A stretch of 64,000 nucleotides of DNA from an uncultured Candidatus Saccharibacteria bacterium (GTDB taxonomy: Bacteria; Patescibacteriota; Minisyncoccia; UBA6257; 2-01-FULL-56-20). The stretch is from the NCBI GenBank assembly GCA_964361595.1, contig CAYIAX010000002.1, positions 7,722 through 71,721 of the forward strand, written 5' to 3'. Position numbers and translations under genes: made by a program. Below, piece after piece: positions 1 to 8,246 of the stretch. The notes beneath the pieces are model-generated. The model was not told the DNA's origin. It searched no databases and saw nothing but the letters and a program-made list of their open reading frames with translations. The first letter of the stretch is position 1; each line of letters begins with the position of its first letter.

Positions 1-32
1 TCGCAAGCTACGTTTTCTATCTTTTCTTAATT

Positions 33-2381
33 GTGCTCTCTGTAACTTTACTGCTCGCGGATCTCAAGGTTTTGTTTTCGGTGGGCCTCTTAACCGCTTT
101 GTTTCTCGTCGACCGTTTACTGCATCACGGGCAGGGCGACCGTCCGCTTTGGGAAATACCGGAATCAGGCCGGATTAATTTAGACTCGTATCTTACGGCC
201 AAGGCATTTTCGGCGCTTGAGCGCGCGTTCGACCGGAGCGGGATAAAAAAGATCGATCCCATGGTCGAGCTTCTCCGTGAAGTCATGAATGAAAAAATCG
301 GCAAGGAGATGCTCGCGCGGCTGGAGATCGACCCTTTGGAATTTTCCGCAAAGCTAACTGATTTTGCGAAGGAAGCAAAAGGAGAAAATACAAAAGAAGA
401 AAGGCGCGCCATTTGCGAGGTGGTTGTAAGGGAAGCCTGTTTGCGGGCTCTAAAACGCGGACACTCGTTTATCGGCATTCCGGACCTTATCGCTGCGCTT
501 GCGGCCTCAAGCCAGCCCCAGGTTATGCGTTTGTGGGCGGTTTTCTCGGTCTCGGCAGTGGATGCCGAACACGCGCTTTTAATGGGAGAGTTGCGTGAGC
601 CGGAAATTAGAATGAAAAAACTTCGCCACCGCGTGGTAAATCGCGCCTGGACAAGCAGGCCAACCCCAACTCTAGACAAGGTTAGCCAAGATTTTACGGA
701 CCTCGCGCGGAGCGGCGACGGGAGTTTGCTTGTGGGACACGGCGAAGAGTATAAAAGGCTCACCGAAGTTTTGGCGCGAACCGAAAATCCAAATGCGCTC
801 CTTGTGGGCGAAGCAGGGAGCGGCAAAGAAACCATGGTGAAGCACCTGGCCTACGAGATTACGCGCGATAACGTGCCGCCGGCGCTTTTCGACAAACGCC
901 TGGTCGCGATCTATTTAGGCCAACTCGTGGCCGGAGCTGCGCCCGAAGAATTGCACAAAAGACTGCAAACGATAGTCGCAGAAATTATGAAGGCGGGTAA
1001 TATCATCATTTTCATTCCCGATATGCATGAATTGGTGCACACCTCGGGCACAGCATATCTCTCGGCCGCCGACGCCTTGATGCCCGTTATTTCGCATCAT
1101 GCTTTTCCGATTATCGGTTCCACCTACCCGCGCGAATACAAAGAAAATATCGAATCCCGCAGCGATCTGCGCTCCATTTTCGAAGTGATCCGCGTCGAGG
1201 AGATAAACGAAGAAGAAGCCGCGAATGTTCTGATCCCGATGAATTTCGTCTTTGAGCGCAAACACGGGCTTAAGTCCAGCATGAGCGCGATCAAAGCCGC
1301 CGTAGGAGTATCAAAGAAGCATATAAAAGACGCGCCCTTGCCGGGCAGCGCCATTAATCTTTTGGAGGAAGCATTCGGCCGGGCGGCGGCGGAAAACCGC
1401 AAAGCCGTGGGCGAAGCGGAAGTATTGAAGGTGGCGGAAGAGAAAACAAACATTCCGCTTCATGAGGCCAAGGGGGAGGAAGCTGAACGCCTTCTTAACT
1501 TCGAAGCCCTGGTGCATGAGAAATTCATTGACCAGGAACCGGCCGTTACGGCCGTGGCCACCGCCCTTCGGGAATACCGAAGCGGCCTGGGGCGCAAAGG
1601 CGGGCCGATCGCAAGCTTTCTTTTTGTCGGCCCCACGGGCGTAGGTAAGACCGAGCTTGCAAAGAACGTGGCCAGATTACAATTCGGCTCGGAAGACGCG
1701 ATGGCGAGAATAGACATGAGCGAATACGCCGAAGGAGACGGACTTGCGCGCATGCTTGGCAGCGCGGACGGAAAAACCGGCGGCGTTTTCCTGGATGCCG
1801 TGCGGAGGCGGCCCTACAGCGTGATTCTTTTGGATGAATTTGAAAAATCCCACCGGGAGATCCGCAATCTTTTCCTCCAAATTTTTGACGAAGGCCGCGT
1901 AACGGATGCCGCGGGCCGGCAGGTGGATTTCAAAAACACGGTTATCATCGCCACTTCGAATGCGCACACGGAGATCGTGAGCGAGGCCTTAAGCCAGGGG
2001 GAATCGGTCGAAGCCATTTCGGAGTACCTGAAGCGGAAGCTCGTGGATGTTTTCCCGCCGGAGTTGCTGAACCGGTTCTCGAAAATCGTGGTCTTCCGCG
2101 AGCTCAAAATGGAAGAAATTGTTACAATTGCAGAGCTTCAGCTTAAATCCTTGGCTGAACAGCTTAAGGAGCAAAATATAGATTTTGTTTTCGAGCCGGA
2201 GGCGGTGGCGGAGCTCGCGAAACTTGGCTATGAGCCGATGTACGGCGCGCGCCCGTTGCGGAATGCAGTCGAGGAGAAAATACGGTCGCCCTTGGCTGAA
2301 AAAATATTGCGCAAGGAATTTACGGCTGGAGATAAAATAAAATTAGTGTTCGCGGAAACCTTTAAGTTCATAAAACAATGA
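33..2381 (+). CDS. Clp/Hsp100-family AAA+ ATPase (ClpC/ClpB-like) with two nucleotide-binding domains. The first domain looks degenerate. The ORF is open to the window start and may be 5'-partial.
   Basis: NBD2 has the canonical GPTGVGKTE Walker A, ILLDEFEK Walker B and a GARPLRN sensor. NBD1 has GEAGSGKE (Lys followed by Glu, not Thr/Ser) and IFIPDMHEL (DM in place of DE). GTG start at 33 with no upstream in-frame stop. Confidence 0.75.
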   Translation: MLSVTLLLADLKVLFSVGLLTALFLVDRLLHHGQGDRPLWEIPESGRINLDSYLTAKAFSALERAFDRSGIKKIDPMVELLREVMNEKIGKEMLARLEIDPLEFSAKLTDFAKEAKGENTKEERRAICEVVVREACLRALKRGHSFIGIPDLIAALAASSQPQVMRLWAVFSVSAVDAEHALLMGELREPEIRMKKLRHRVVNRAWTSRPTPTLDKVSQDFTDLARSGDGSLLVGHGEEYKRLTEVLARTENPNALLVGEAGSGKETMVKHLAYEITRDNVPPALFDKRLVAIYLGQLVAGAAPEELHKRLQTIVAEIMKAGNIIIFIPDMHELVHTSGTAYLSAADALMPVISHHAFPIIGSTYPREYKENIESRSDLRSIFEVIRVEEINEEEAANVLIPMNFVFERKHGLKSSMSAIKAAVGVSKKHIKDAPLPGSAINLLEEAFGRAAAENRKAVGEAEVLKVAEEKTNIPLHEAKGEEAERLLNFEALVHEKFIDQEPAVTAVATALREYRSGLGRKGGPIASFLFVGPTGVGKTELAKNVARLQFGSEDAMARIDMSEYAEGDGLARMLGSADGKTGGVFLDAVRRRPYSVILLDEFEKSHREIRNLFLQIFDEGRVTDAAGRQVDFKNTVIIATSNAHTEIVSEALSQGESVEAISEYLKRKLVDVFPPELLNRFSKIVVFRELKMEEIVTIAELQLKSLAEQLKEQNIDFVFEPEAVAELAKLGYEPMYGARPLRNAVEEKIRSPLAEKILRKEFTAGDKIKLVFAETFKFIKQ

Positions 2382-3025
2382 AAATAATTTTCGATATTTC
2401 GGTTGGCAAAATTGTAAAATATTTGGTCTTTGCCGATCTCGTTTTTTGGGCTGGCTGGGGCTTGATCTCGCCGATCTTCTCGATCTTTATCATCGAGAGA
2501 GTCGCCGGGGCGACGGTCGGCACGGTTGGCGTGGCCGCCGCCATTTATTGGATTTTGAAATCGCTTTTACAGATCCCCATCTCCCGCTATTTAGATCGCA
2601 CTCCCGGAGAGCGGGATGACTTTTACGCCTTGGCTGCTGGTCTGCTCGTGGCGGGATTTACGGCCTTTTCGTTTTTGATCGTGCGGGAAATTTGGCAACT
2701 TTATCTTACGCAAATAATCCAGGCTTTCGCTTTTAGCCTGTATTTCCCTTCGTGGATGGCTATTTTTTCCCGCCACTTGGATCGCGACAAGGTTTCCTTC
2801 GACTGGTCGCTCGACAGCACGCTTGTGGGGATAGCGATGGGTACCGCGGGGCTCGTCGGCGGCCTCATCGCAAAATATCTCGGTTTTCAGATGGTTTTTC
2901 TTCTGACCGGACTCCTCGCGATTGTAAGCGTGCTTATCCTCCTTACGATTCCCGAAGTGGTGTTGCCGCATAGGCGCGGGCCCGTTCCTCCGCCCGTAAG
3001 CCACCCTGGCGGCATCGGCAAGTAA
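2378..3025 (+). CDS. 6-TM membrane protein, resembling the C-terminal half of an MFS transporter
   Basis: Hydrophobic helices throughout. The start overlaps the upstream stop (ATGA). Confidence 0.4.
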   Translation: MKIIFDISVGKIVKYLVFADLVFWAGWGLISPIFSIFIIERVAGATVGTVGVAAAIYWILKSLLQIPISRYLDRTPGERDDFYALAAGLLVAGFTAFSFLIVREIWQLYLTQIIQAFAFSLYFPSWMAIFSRHLDRDKVSFDWSLDSTLVGIAMGTAGLVGGLIAKYLGFQMVFLLTGLLAIVSVLILLTIPEVVLPHRRGPVPPPVSHPGGIGK

Positions 3026-3027
3026 AT

Positions 3028-4761
3028 ATGCCCATTTCCAATCAAAAAATCGCCCAGGTGCTTTACGAAATTGGGGAATATTTGGACATGCAAAAGGTGT
3101 CCTTTAAGCCGCGCGCTTATGAAAAGGCCGCTCAAGCGGTTGAAGGACTCGCCGGAAGCGTGGAGGAAATTTACCGCGAGGGCGGCATCAAGGCTTTAAA
3201 AGACATTCCGGGCGTCGGCGAATCAATTGCGGAGAAAATTGAGGAACTCATTAAGACCGGCAAAGTGAAATATTATGAAGGACTTAAGAAAAAAACACCG
3301 GTAAACCTCGGGGAACTCCGCGGCATTGAAGGCCTGGGGCCAAAATCAATTCAAAAGCTATATGAGGAGTTAGGCATTCGCAGTTTGGCGGATCTGGAGC
3401 GAGCGGCGCAAAGAGGAAAGATTGCCGGGCTCTCCGGTTTCGGCAAAAAAACGGAAGCAAATATTTTGAAGGGCATCGAATTTCTCAAGGGCTCGAGCGG
3501 GCGCGCAATTTTGGGTTTTGCCATGCCGCAGATAAATTCAATTGAGGAACAGCTTAAAAAGTTAAAGGAGGTGGAGAAACTTACGGTTGCGGGCTCCGCG
3601 CGCAGAAAAAAAGAAACAATCGGAGATATTGATATCCTCGTCGTTTCAACTAAACCGGAACCGATCATGGATTACTTTACAAGCATGGCTCAAGTTGTGC
3701 GCGTTTACGCGAAGGGCAGAACCAAGTCCTCGGTGCGGACGCGGATGGGATTGGATGTGGACTTGCGCATAGTGCCCAAGGAATCTTATGGCGCCGCCTT
3801 GAATTACTTCACGGGTTCTAAGGATCACAACGTCGCTCTGCGGCAGGTCGCTATTAAAAAGGGATATAAGCTCAACGAATACGGCTTGTTCAAAGTCGGC
3901 CGCGGCAAAGAAAAAATGGTTGCGGGCGCGACCGAGGAAGAGGTTTACGCCGCTTTGGGCCTCGACTACATAGAACCGGAACTGCGCGAGCATACCGGCG
4001 AAATCGAACTGGCGGCAAAGCACGCGCTGCCGAAGCTTATCGGTTACGGCGAAATTTTAGGGGACCTACAGGTGCAGACCGACTGGACGGACGGTTCGGC
4101 TTCGATCGAAAAAATGGTGGAGGAAGCGCGGCGGCGGAAACTCCAATATATTGCGATTACAGATCACACGAAGCGGCTTGCGATGACCGGCGGCCTCGAT
4201 GAAAAGCGTATTTTAAAGCAAATGGCGGAGATAGACCATCTCAATAAAAAATTAGGCGGGAGTTTTAAGATCCTCAAGGGAACCGAATGCGACATCTTAA
4301 AAGACGGCACGCTTGATTTGCCGGATGAAGTTTTGGCAAAGCTCGATTTTGTGGGCGCTTCCGTCCACTCTTTCTTCCACTTGCCGCGGGCGGAACAGAC
4401 CGAGCGGGTAAAACGCGCAATGCGAAATCCCCATGTGGACATGATTTTCCATCCTACTGGCAGAATCTTGAAGCGGCGCGAGGCTTGCGATCTTGATTTG
4501 GATGAGGTTGTCAAGGCCGCGAAGGCGACGAAAACACTGCTCGAAATTGATGCTTACCCGGACCGCTCGGACCTCAAAGATGAATATATAAGGAAAGCGG
4601 TCGAGGCCGGCGTGAAATTAGCCGTTGATTCCGACGCGCACGCTCCGTCCCATTATGAGTTCATTGATTATGGCGTGGCCCAAGCCAGGCGGGGCTGGGC
4701 GAAGCGTAAAGATATCGTGAATAGTTGGCCAGTCGAGAAAATGTTAGCTATGCTTAAGTGA
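3028..4761 (+). CDS. polX: DNA polymerase X family protein with a C-terminal PHP phosphoesterase domain
   Basis: N-terminal HhH motifs (GIGxxIAxKI, GLGPKSIQK), a pol-beta palm, and a C-terminal ITDHTKRLAMTGG PHP motif. 577 aa. Confidence 0.8.
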   Translation: MPISNQKIAQVLYEIGEYLDMQKVSFKPRAYEKAAQAVEGLAGSVEEIYREGGIKALKDIPGVGESIAEKIEELIKTGKVKYYEGLKKKTPVNLGELRGIEGLGPKSIQKLYEELGIRSLADLERAAQRGKIAGLSGFGKKTEANILKGIEFLKGSSGRAILGFAMPQINSIEEQLKKLKEVEKLTVAGSARRKKETIGDIDILVVSTKPEPIMDYFTSMAQVVRVYAKGRTKSSVRTRMGLDVDLRIVPKESYGAALNYFTGSKDHNVALRQVAIKKGYKLNEYGLFKVGRGKEKMVAGATEEEVYAALGLDYIEPELREHTGEIELAAKHALPKLIGYGEILGDLQVQTDWTDGSASIEKMVEEARRRKLQYIAITDHTKRLAMTGGLDEKRILKQMAEIDHLNKKLGGSFKILKGTECDILKDGTLDLPDEVLAKLDFVGASVHSFFHLPRAEQTERVKRAMRNPHVDMIFHPTGRILKRREACDLDLDEVVKAAKATKTLLEIDAYPDRSDLKDEYIRKAVEAGVKLAVDSDAHAPSHYEFIDYGVAQARRGWAKRKDIVNSWPVEKMLAMLK

Positions 4762-4876
4762 TGAATCCCGTTATAAAATCAAAAGAAATTACGCATCGTG
4801 CAGTAATATTTAAATATCGCCTAAATCGTTTGCAGTCGGGCAAGCGCCAGTTTGGTTTTCTGACGGGATGAATCCG
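4761..4876 (+). repeat. ATGA-bounded ~115-nt hairpin element, copy A. Termini are ATGAATCCCGTTA ... TAACGGGATGAATCC.
   Basis: The 5' ATGA overlaps the polX stop (aagTGA). The 3' ATGA contains the NUDIX start codon. About 19 bp terminal stem including G-U pairs. Confidence 0.55.
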
Positions 4877-5359
4877 AGCGAAAAACCAGAAAGAAGAACC
4901 CGGCGGGAGATCTCCGCCGGTATTATTGTTTTCCGGCGCACGCGCGACGGGCTGAAGTTCCTGCTTTTGTATCACGGGCATAATTACTGGAATTTCCCCA
5001 AGGGAAAAATCGAAAGCGAGGAGCGCAGCTTGGCCGCGGCTTTCCGGGAAACGCGCGAGGAGACGGGGCTAACGGCCCGCGATCTGCGTTTGCTCCCGGG
5101 TTTTCGCGTGAATGAGCGGTTTACTTTCAGGCGCGGGAACCAGAGTGTATTTAAAATCGTCATCTTCTTTTTAGCCGAGACCCGCAATCCGCGCATCCAG
5201 GTCTCCGCGGAGCATAACGGTTATGCCTGGTACCTCTTTGAAGATGCCAAGCGGACGCTCACGCGCTACAAAGACAGCGAACGCGTCTTGAAGACCGCTT
5301 ATGAATTCCTGCGCGCTCCCCGCAGGCCCCAAGCGGAAGAAAAGAAAGAACAAAAATGA
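4868..5359 (+). CDS. NUDIX hydrolase
   Basis: Nudix box GKIESEERSLAAAFRETREETGL. Confidence 0.75.
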   Translation: MNPSEKPERRTRREISAGIIVFRRTRDGLKFLLLYHGHNYWNFPKGKIESEERSLAAAFRETREETGLTARDLRLLPGFRVNERFTFRRGNQSVFKIVIFFLAETRNPRIQVSAEHNGYAWYLFEDAKRTLTRYKDSERVLKTAYEFLRAPRRPQAEEKKEQK

Positions 5360-5616
5360 GCAAATTCAGCGAAAGAGTTTTGAGCGTGGTCTCGAAGATC
5401 CCGCGCGGCCGGACGTTAACGTATAAAGAAGTCGCGCGGCGTGCGGGCAGTCCGCGCGCGTTCCGGGCGGTCGGAAATATTTTGAACTCTTATGATTCAA
5501 AGAAGATGAAAGTGCCCTGCCACCGCGTCATCCGTTCGGACGGCCAAAGCGGCGGTTACCGCTGGGGCGCGCGTAAAAAGCTAATTTTGTTGAAGAAAGA
5601 AAGAGCCGCTGCTTAA
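5356..5616 (+). CDS. ogt: Methylated-DNA--protein-cysteine methyltransferase, short form with only the DNA-binding and active-site domain
   Basis: Active-site motif VPCHRVIRSDG (PCHR) at the expected spacing. 86 aa, so no N-terminal domain. Confidence 0.6.
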   Translation: MSKFSERVLSVVSKIPRGRTLTYKEVARRAGSPRAFRAVGNILNSYDSKKMKVPCHRVIRSDGQSGGYRWGARKKLILLKKERAAA

Positions 5617-5957
5617 GCGGCTTTTTCCAAGATCTTTTTGAATACTTCCGGTTCGTGGATCGCGAGCTCGGCGAGGATTTTCCGGTCGAGTTTAATATTT
5701 TTCTTTTTCAGATCGGAAATGAGCTTGCTGTACTTTGTGCCGTTCGCGCGCGTAGCCGCATTCAAGCGCACATTCCATAGTTTCCGGAAGTTGCGCTTTT
5801 TTTGTTTGCGGCCGCGGAACTTGTGCGTCCAAGCGTGCAGTAAGGCTTCTTTGGCGGCGCGTTCTTTGGATTTGCGGCCCCAGCGAAAACCCTTCGTATA
5901 CTTTAGAATACGTTCGCGCCGCTTATGCGCAATTTTTCCTCGTTTGACTCTGGGCAT
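5613..5957 (-). CDS. rplT: 50S ribosomal protein L20
   Basis: MPRVKRGKIAHKRRERILKYTKGFRWGRK... is a canonical bL20 N-terminus. Confidence 0.9.
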   Translation of the reverse strand: MPRVKRGKIAHKRRERILKYTKGFRWGRKSKERAAKEALLHAWTHKFRGRKQKKRNFRKLWNVRLNAATRANGTKYSKLISDLKKKNIKLDRKILAELAIHEPEVFKKILEKAA

Positions 5958-6060
5958 CGTGGGTCGCTCTAATTTAGATCGAATTTTTCCGAATATTTAC
6001 CGAATCGACGCATTTGTTTGAAATTTAGTTTCATTCGTTTTTTATTTGGGCGAGCAACGC

Positions 6061-6225
6061 TTAGATTCCGGCGAGGGGATAATTAAGGTGGATAACCTTG
6101 CGTTTGTTGCGCAAATTGCGCGTGGATTTACGCGTGCGGAAATGGTTTACGCCCATCGGACGGCGGATCAGCTTCCCGCGGCGGGTTACTCTTATCCTTT
6201 TAGTTATGCTTTTTCGTGTTTTCAT
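6061..6225 (-). CDS. rpmI: 50S ribosomal protein L35. Not in the ORF track because it is under 60 aa.
   Basis: Manual translation of the minus strand gives MKTRKSITKRIRVTRRGKLIRRPMGVNHFRTRKSTRNLRNKRKVIHLNYPLAGI*. It lies between infC and rplT as in the conserved operon. Confidence 0.65.
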   Translation of the reverse strand: MKTRKSITKRIRVTRRGKLIRRPMGVNHFRTRKSTRNLRNKRKVIHLNYPLAGI

Positions 6226-6326
6226 TTCATAGGTAGCGATCCGAAAAATCCGAATTACATCCGAATTATCCGAAAAAACTCATTCGTGGCATTCGGATGC
6301 ATTTGTAGATTAGGATTGCTTTTTAG

Positions 6327-6818
6327 TTATTTCTTCATGATCTGGACCACCATCCCGCGGCCGCCGAATTTCGGAGAGCTTAACAGTTTGTGCTCTATTG
6401 TAATCATTTTCAGGAATTCATCAAGTTTTTGGGCGGCCCAAGCTTTGTTGCCCTTTTCGCGCCCCCGCAGGCGCATTTGGATTTCAACCGGATGCCCTTC
6501 CCCTAAAAATTTTTCGAGCTGGCGCAGGCGGATCAATAAATCGTTGCGGGCGGCGCGGGCGCTGATCTGCACTTGCTTCAATGTTGCGCCTTTTTGCGCT
6601 TGCCGCTCCTTTTTTTCCGCTTTTTCCCGCTCGTAGCGGAATTTGTCGAAGCTCATGATGCGGACGACGGGCGGATTGGCGCTGGGGACGATTTCGATCA
6701 AGTCCAATCCCGCTTCCGGCCGCGCCAAGGCCAATGCCTTTTCCCGCGTCATCACGCCGAAGTTTTCGCCTGCGGACCCGATCACGCGGACTTGCGGAGC
6801 GCTTATTTGGTTGTTGAT
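6327..6818 (-). CDS. infC: Translation initiation factor IF-3, probably with a non-AUG (AUC/AUU/AUA) start. The longer ORF-track N-terminus is unlikely to be real.
   Basis: RINNQISAPQVRVIGSAGENFGVMTREKALALA... matches the IF-3 N- and C-domains. Head of the infC-rpmI-rplT operon. Confidence 0.8.
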   Translation of the reverse strand: MNNQISAPQVRVIGSAGENFGVMTREKALALARPEAGLDLIEIVPSANPPVVRIMSFDKFRYEREKAEKKERQAQKGATLKQVQISARAARNDLLIRLRQLEKFLGEGHPVEIQMRLRGREKGNKAWAAQKLDEFLKMITIEHKLLSSPKFGGRGMVVQIMKK

Positions 6819-6973
6819 CCTGGGTTTGGTAACTATGGCTGTATTTTCATTTAGCTTACGAAATTTTTGTTTGACTGTCAAAAGCGGGCGAAGATCATTC
6901 GGATCAGAAAATTCGCAGATTTGCAGGATTCGTAGTATGATAAAGTCAAAGTCGAAAAGTATATTGCTCAAAT

Positions 6974-7156
6974 ATGGATACCAAAATGAGTTGCGCAAAA
7001 TGCAACGGCGAAGCCAAGGGGTTCAAGTGCGCGATCTGCAAAGTCGAGTCCGCAGAGCATGACGTTTCCCATTGCCACGGCGTCCCGCCGTCGGATCGCC
7101 ACTGCATGCCGAAATGCGTTGCCTGCAACGAAGCCGAGGTGCAGTGCGTGTGCTGA
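6974..7156 (+). CDS. Small Cys-rich protein (11 Cys in 60 aa, several CxxC pairs). Putative metal-binding peptide.
   Basis: CAKC, CAIC, HCH, CMPKC, CVAC and CVC motifs. Followed by a hairpin plus T-run. Confidence 0.35.
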   Translation: MDTKMSCAKCNGEAKGFKCAICKVESAEHDVSHCHGVPPSDRHCMPKCVACNEAEVQCVC

Positions 7157-7187
7157 AACCCAAATCTACCAGTTTTTAGAAACAAAA

Positions 7188-7221
7188 AGCCGCGACAGTT
7201 ACCTGCGCGGCTGTTTCTTTT
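7188..7221 (+). terminator. Rho-independent terminator (agccgcg..cgcggct + gtttctttt)
   Basis: 7-bp GC stem followed by a T-rich run. Confidence 0.5.
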
Positions 7222-7261
7222 GGCTTTGATTTTTCCTATTTCTGTGCTAGAATATGGCCGC

Positions 7262-7588
7262 GGGGATGATTGGCTTCGATAGGTATGCGTCGTGAGCTGG
7301 CGAGCCGAGCGTGATCTCGTAAAACTCACATTCACAATAACTGCCAACTTCAAAGTTGCAGCTCCAGCCTACGCTTACGCGTAAGTTGGGATCGGCTAGC
7401 TTGGGTCTCTTAGGCTAATACCGGTCGTATACAAGGAGGCTAGTTCCGGACGATGGTTCTAATCCGGAGCAAAAATAAGAACCAATTCTGAGCAATCAGA
7501 ACTCGCCTTGAGTTTATCGAAGGGCTACGCTCGTAGAAGGTTCACCGATAGCATTTCCTAGACGCGGTTTCAACACCGCCATCTCCAC
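7262..7588 (+). ncRNA. ssrA: tmRNA (SsrA)
   Basis: The 5' GGGGAUGAUUGGCUUCGAUAGG pairs with the 3' ...GACGCGGUUUCAACACCGCCAUCUCCAC as a 7-bp acceptor stem. The T-arm GCGGUUUCAACACCGC is tRNA-like. An internal tag-like ORF ...GCC AAC UUC AAA GUU GCA GCU CCA GCC UAC GCU UAC GCG UAA is present. An extended -10 box TGCTAGAAT lies at 7245-7253. Confidence 0.85.
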
Positions 7589-7596
7589 TTAGAAAA

Positions 7597-7625
7597 TCTT
7601 TCCCGCCCAAAAGGCGGGATTAGAT
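7597..7625 (+). terminator. Hairpin plus T-run downstream of tmRNA (tcccgcc caaaa ggcggga ttagatttt)
   Basis: 7-bp GC stem followed by a U-rich tract. Confidence 0.5.
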
Positions 7626-7734
7626 TTTCAAGTGCTCCGGCCGAAGCGTCGGAGCATCCTTATTAAAATTCTACCCGGTGTGCTTATCTACTACAACGCT
7701 TAGGCAGACTTAAATTTGAGTATATACTATCCTC

Positions 7735-8175
7735 ATGCCCAAACAGCGCTTCCAGATTGTGCCTTCCGTGTACGTGATGCTAATGAAGGACGGCCAGATT
7801 ATTTTGGCGCGCCGGTATAATACCGGCTACTGCGACGGTGAATACAGTTTTCCCGCCGGACATCTCGAGGGAAACGAAACTTCTACGGCGGCCCTGCTAC
7901 GGGAAGTGAAAGAAGAGATCGGCGTTGAGCTTGATCCTGAAAACATCGAATTTGTTCACTTGATGCACCGCAAGGGGCCGGACGACGAACGCTATGATGT
8001 ATTCTTTGCCTGCGAGAAATGGGAAGGCGAACCGAAAATCATGGAGCCGAATAAGTGCGATGAGCTTGCTTGGTTTGACCTCGACAAGCTGCCGCAAAAT
8101 ACAATTCCCTATATCGCGCAGGCGACAAACTCCTACCGCGCCAAGATTTTCTACAGCGAGCACGGGTGGAATTGA
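7735..8175 (+). CDS. NUDIX hydrolase (MutT-like)
   Basis: Nudix box GHLEGNETSTAALLREVKEEIGV. Confidence 0.7.
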   Translation: MPKQRFQIVPSVYVMLMKDGQIILARRYNTGYCDGEYSFPAGHLEGNETSTAALLREVKEEIGVELDPENIEFVHLMHRKGPDDERYDVFFACEKWEGEPKIMEPNKCDELAWFDLDKLPQNTIPYIAQATNSYRAKIFYSEHGWN

Positions 8176-8246
8176 CAAGATAATAAGATTCTAGTATGAT
8201 AATCTCGGTCCTTTAACTTGAGAAGAAAGGAAGAAAGGATAGGTGT

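Noticed and set aside
4761-4871. 36-aa ORF (MNPVIKSKEITHRAVIFKYRLNRLQSGKRQFGFLTG) inside hairpin element A that looked like a conserved leader peptide
   Set aside because: Careful re-reading of copy B shows an in-frame TAA after 21 codons. Copy C has a different frame and stop. Only the nucleotide termini are conserved, so the peptide is not.
5638-6636. Plus-strand ORFs 5638-6021 and 6046-6636
   Set aside because: They are antisense to rplT, rpmI and infC. They are low-complexity with no motifs, so they are shadow ORFs.
6819-6998. N-terminal 60 aa of the ORF-track infC (MRNSFWYPYLSNILFDFDF...)
   Set aside because: No IF-3 homology. IF-3 typically starts at a non-AUG codon. The extension runs into the promoter region.
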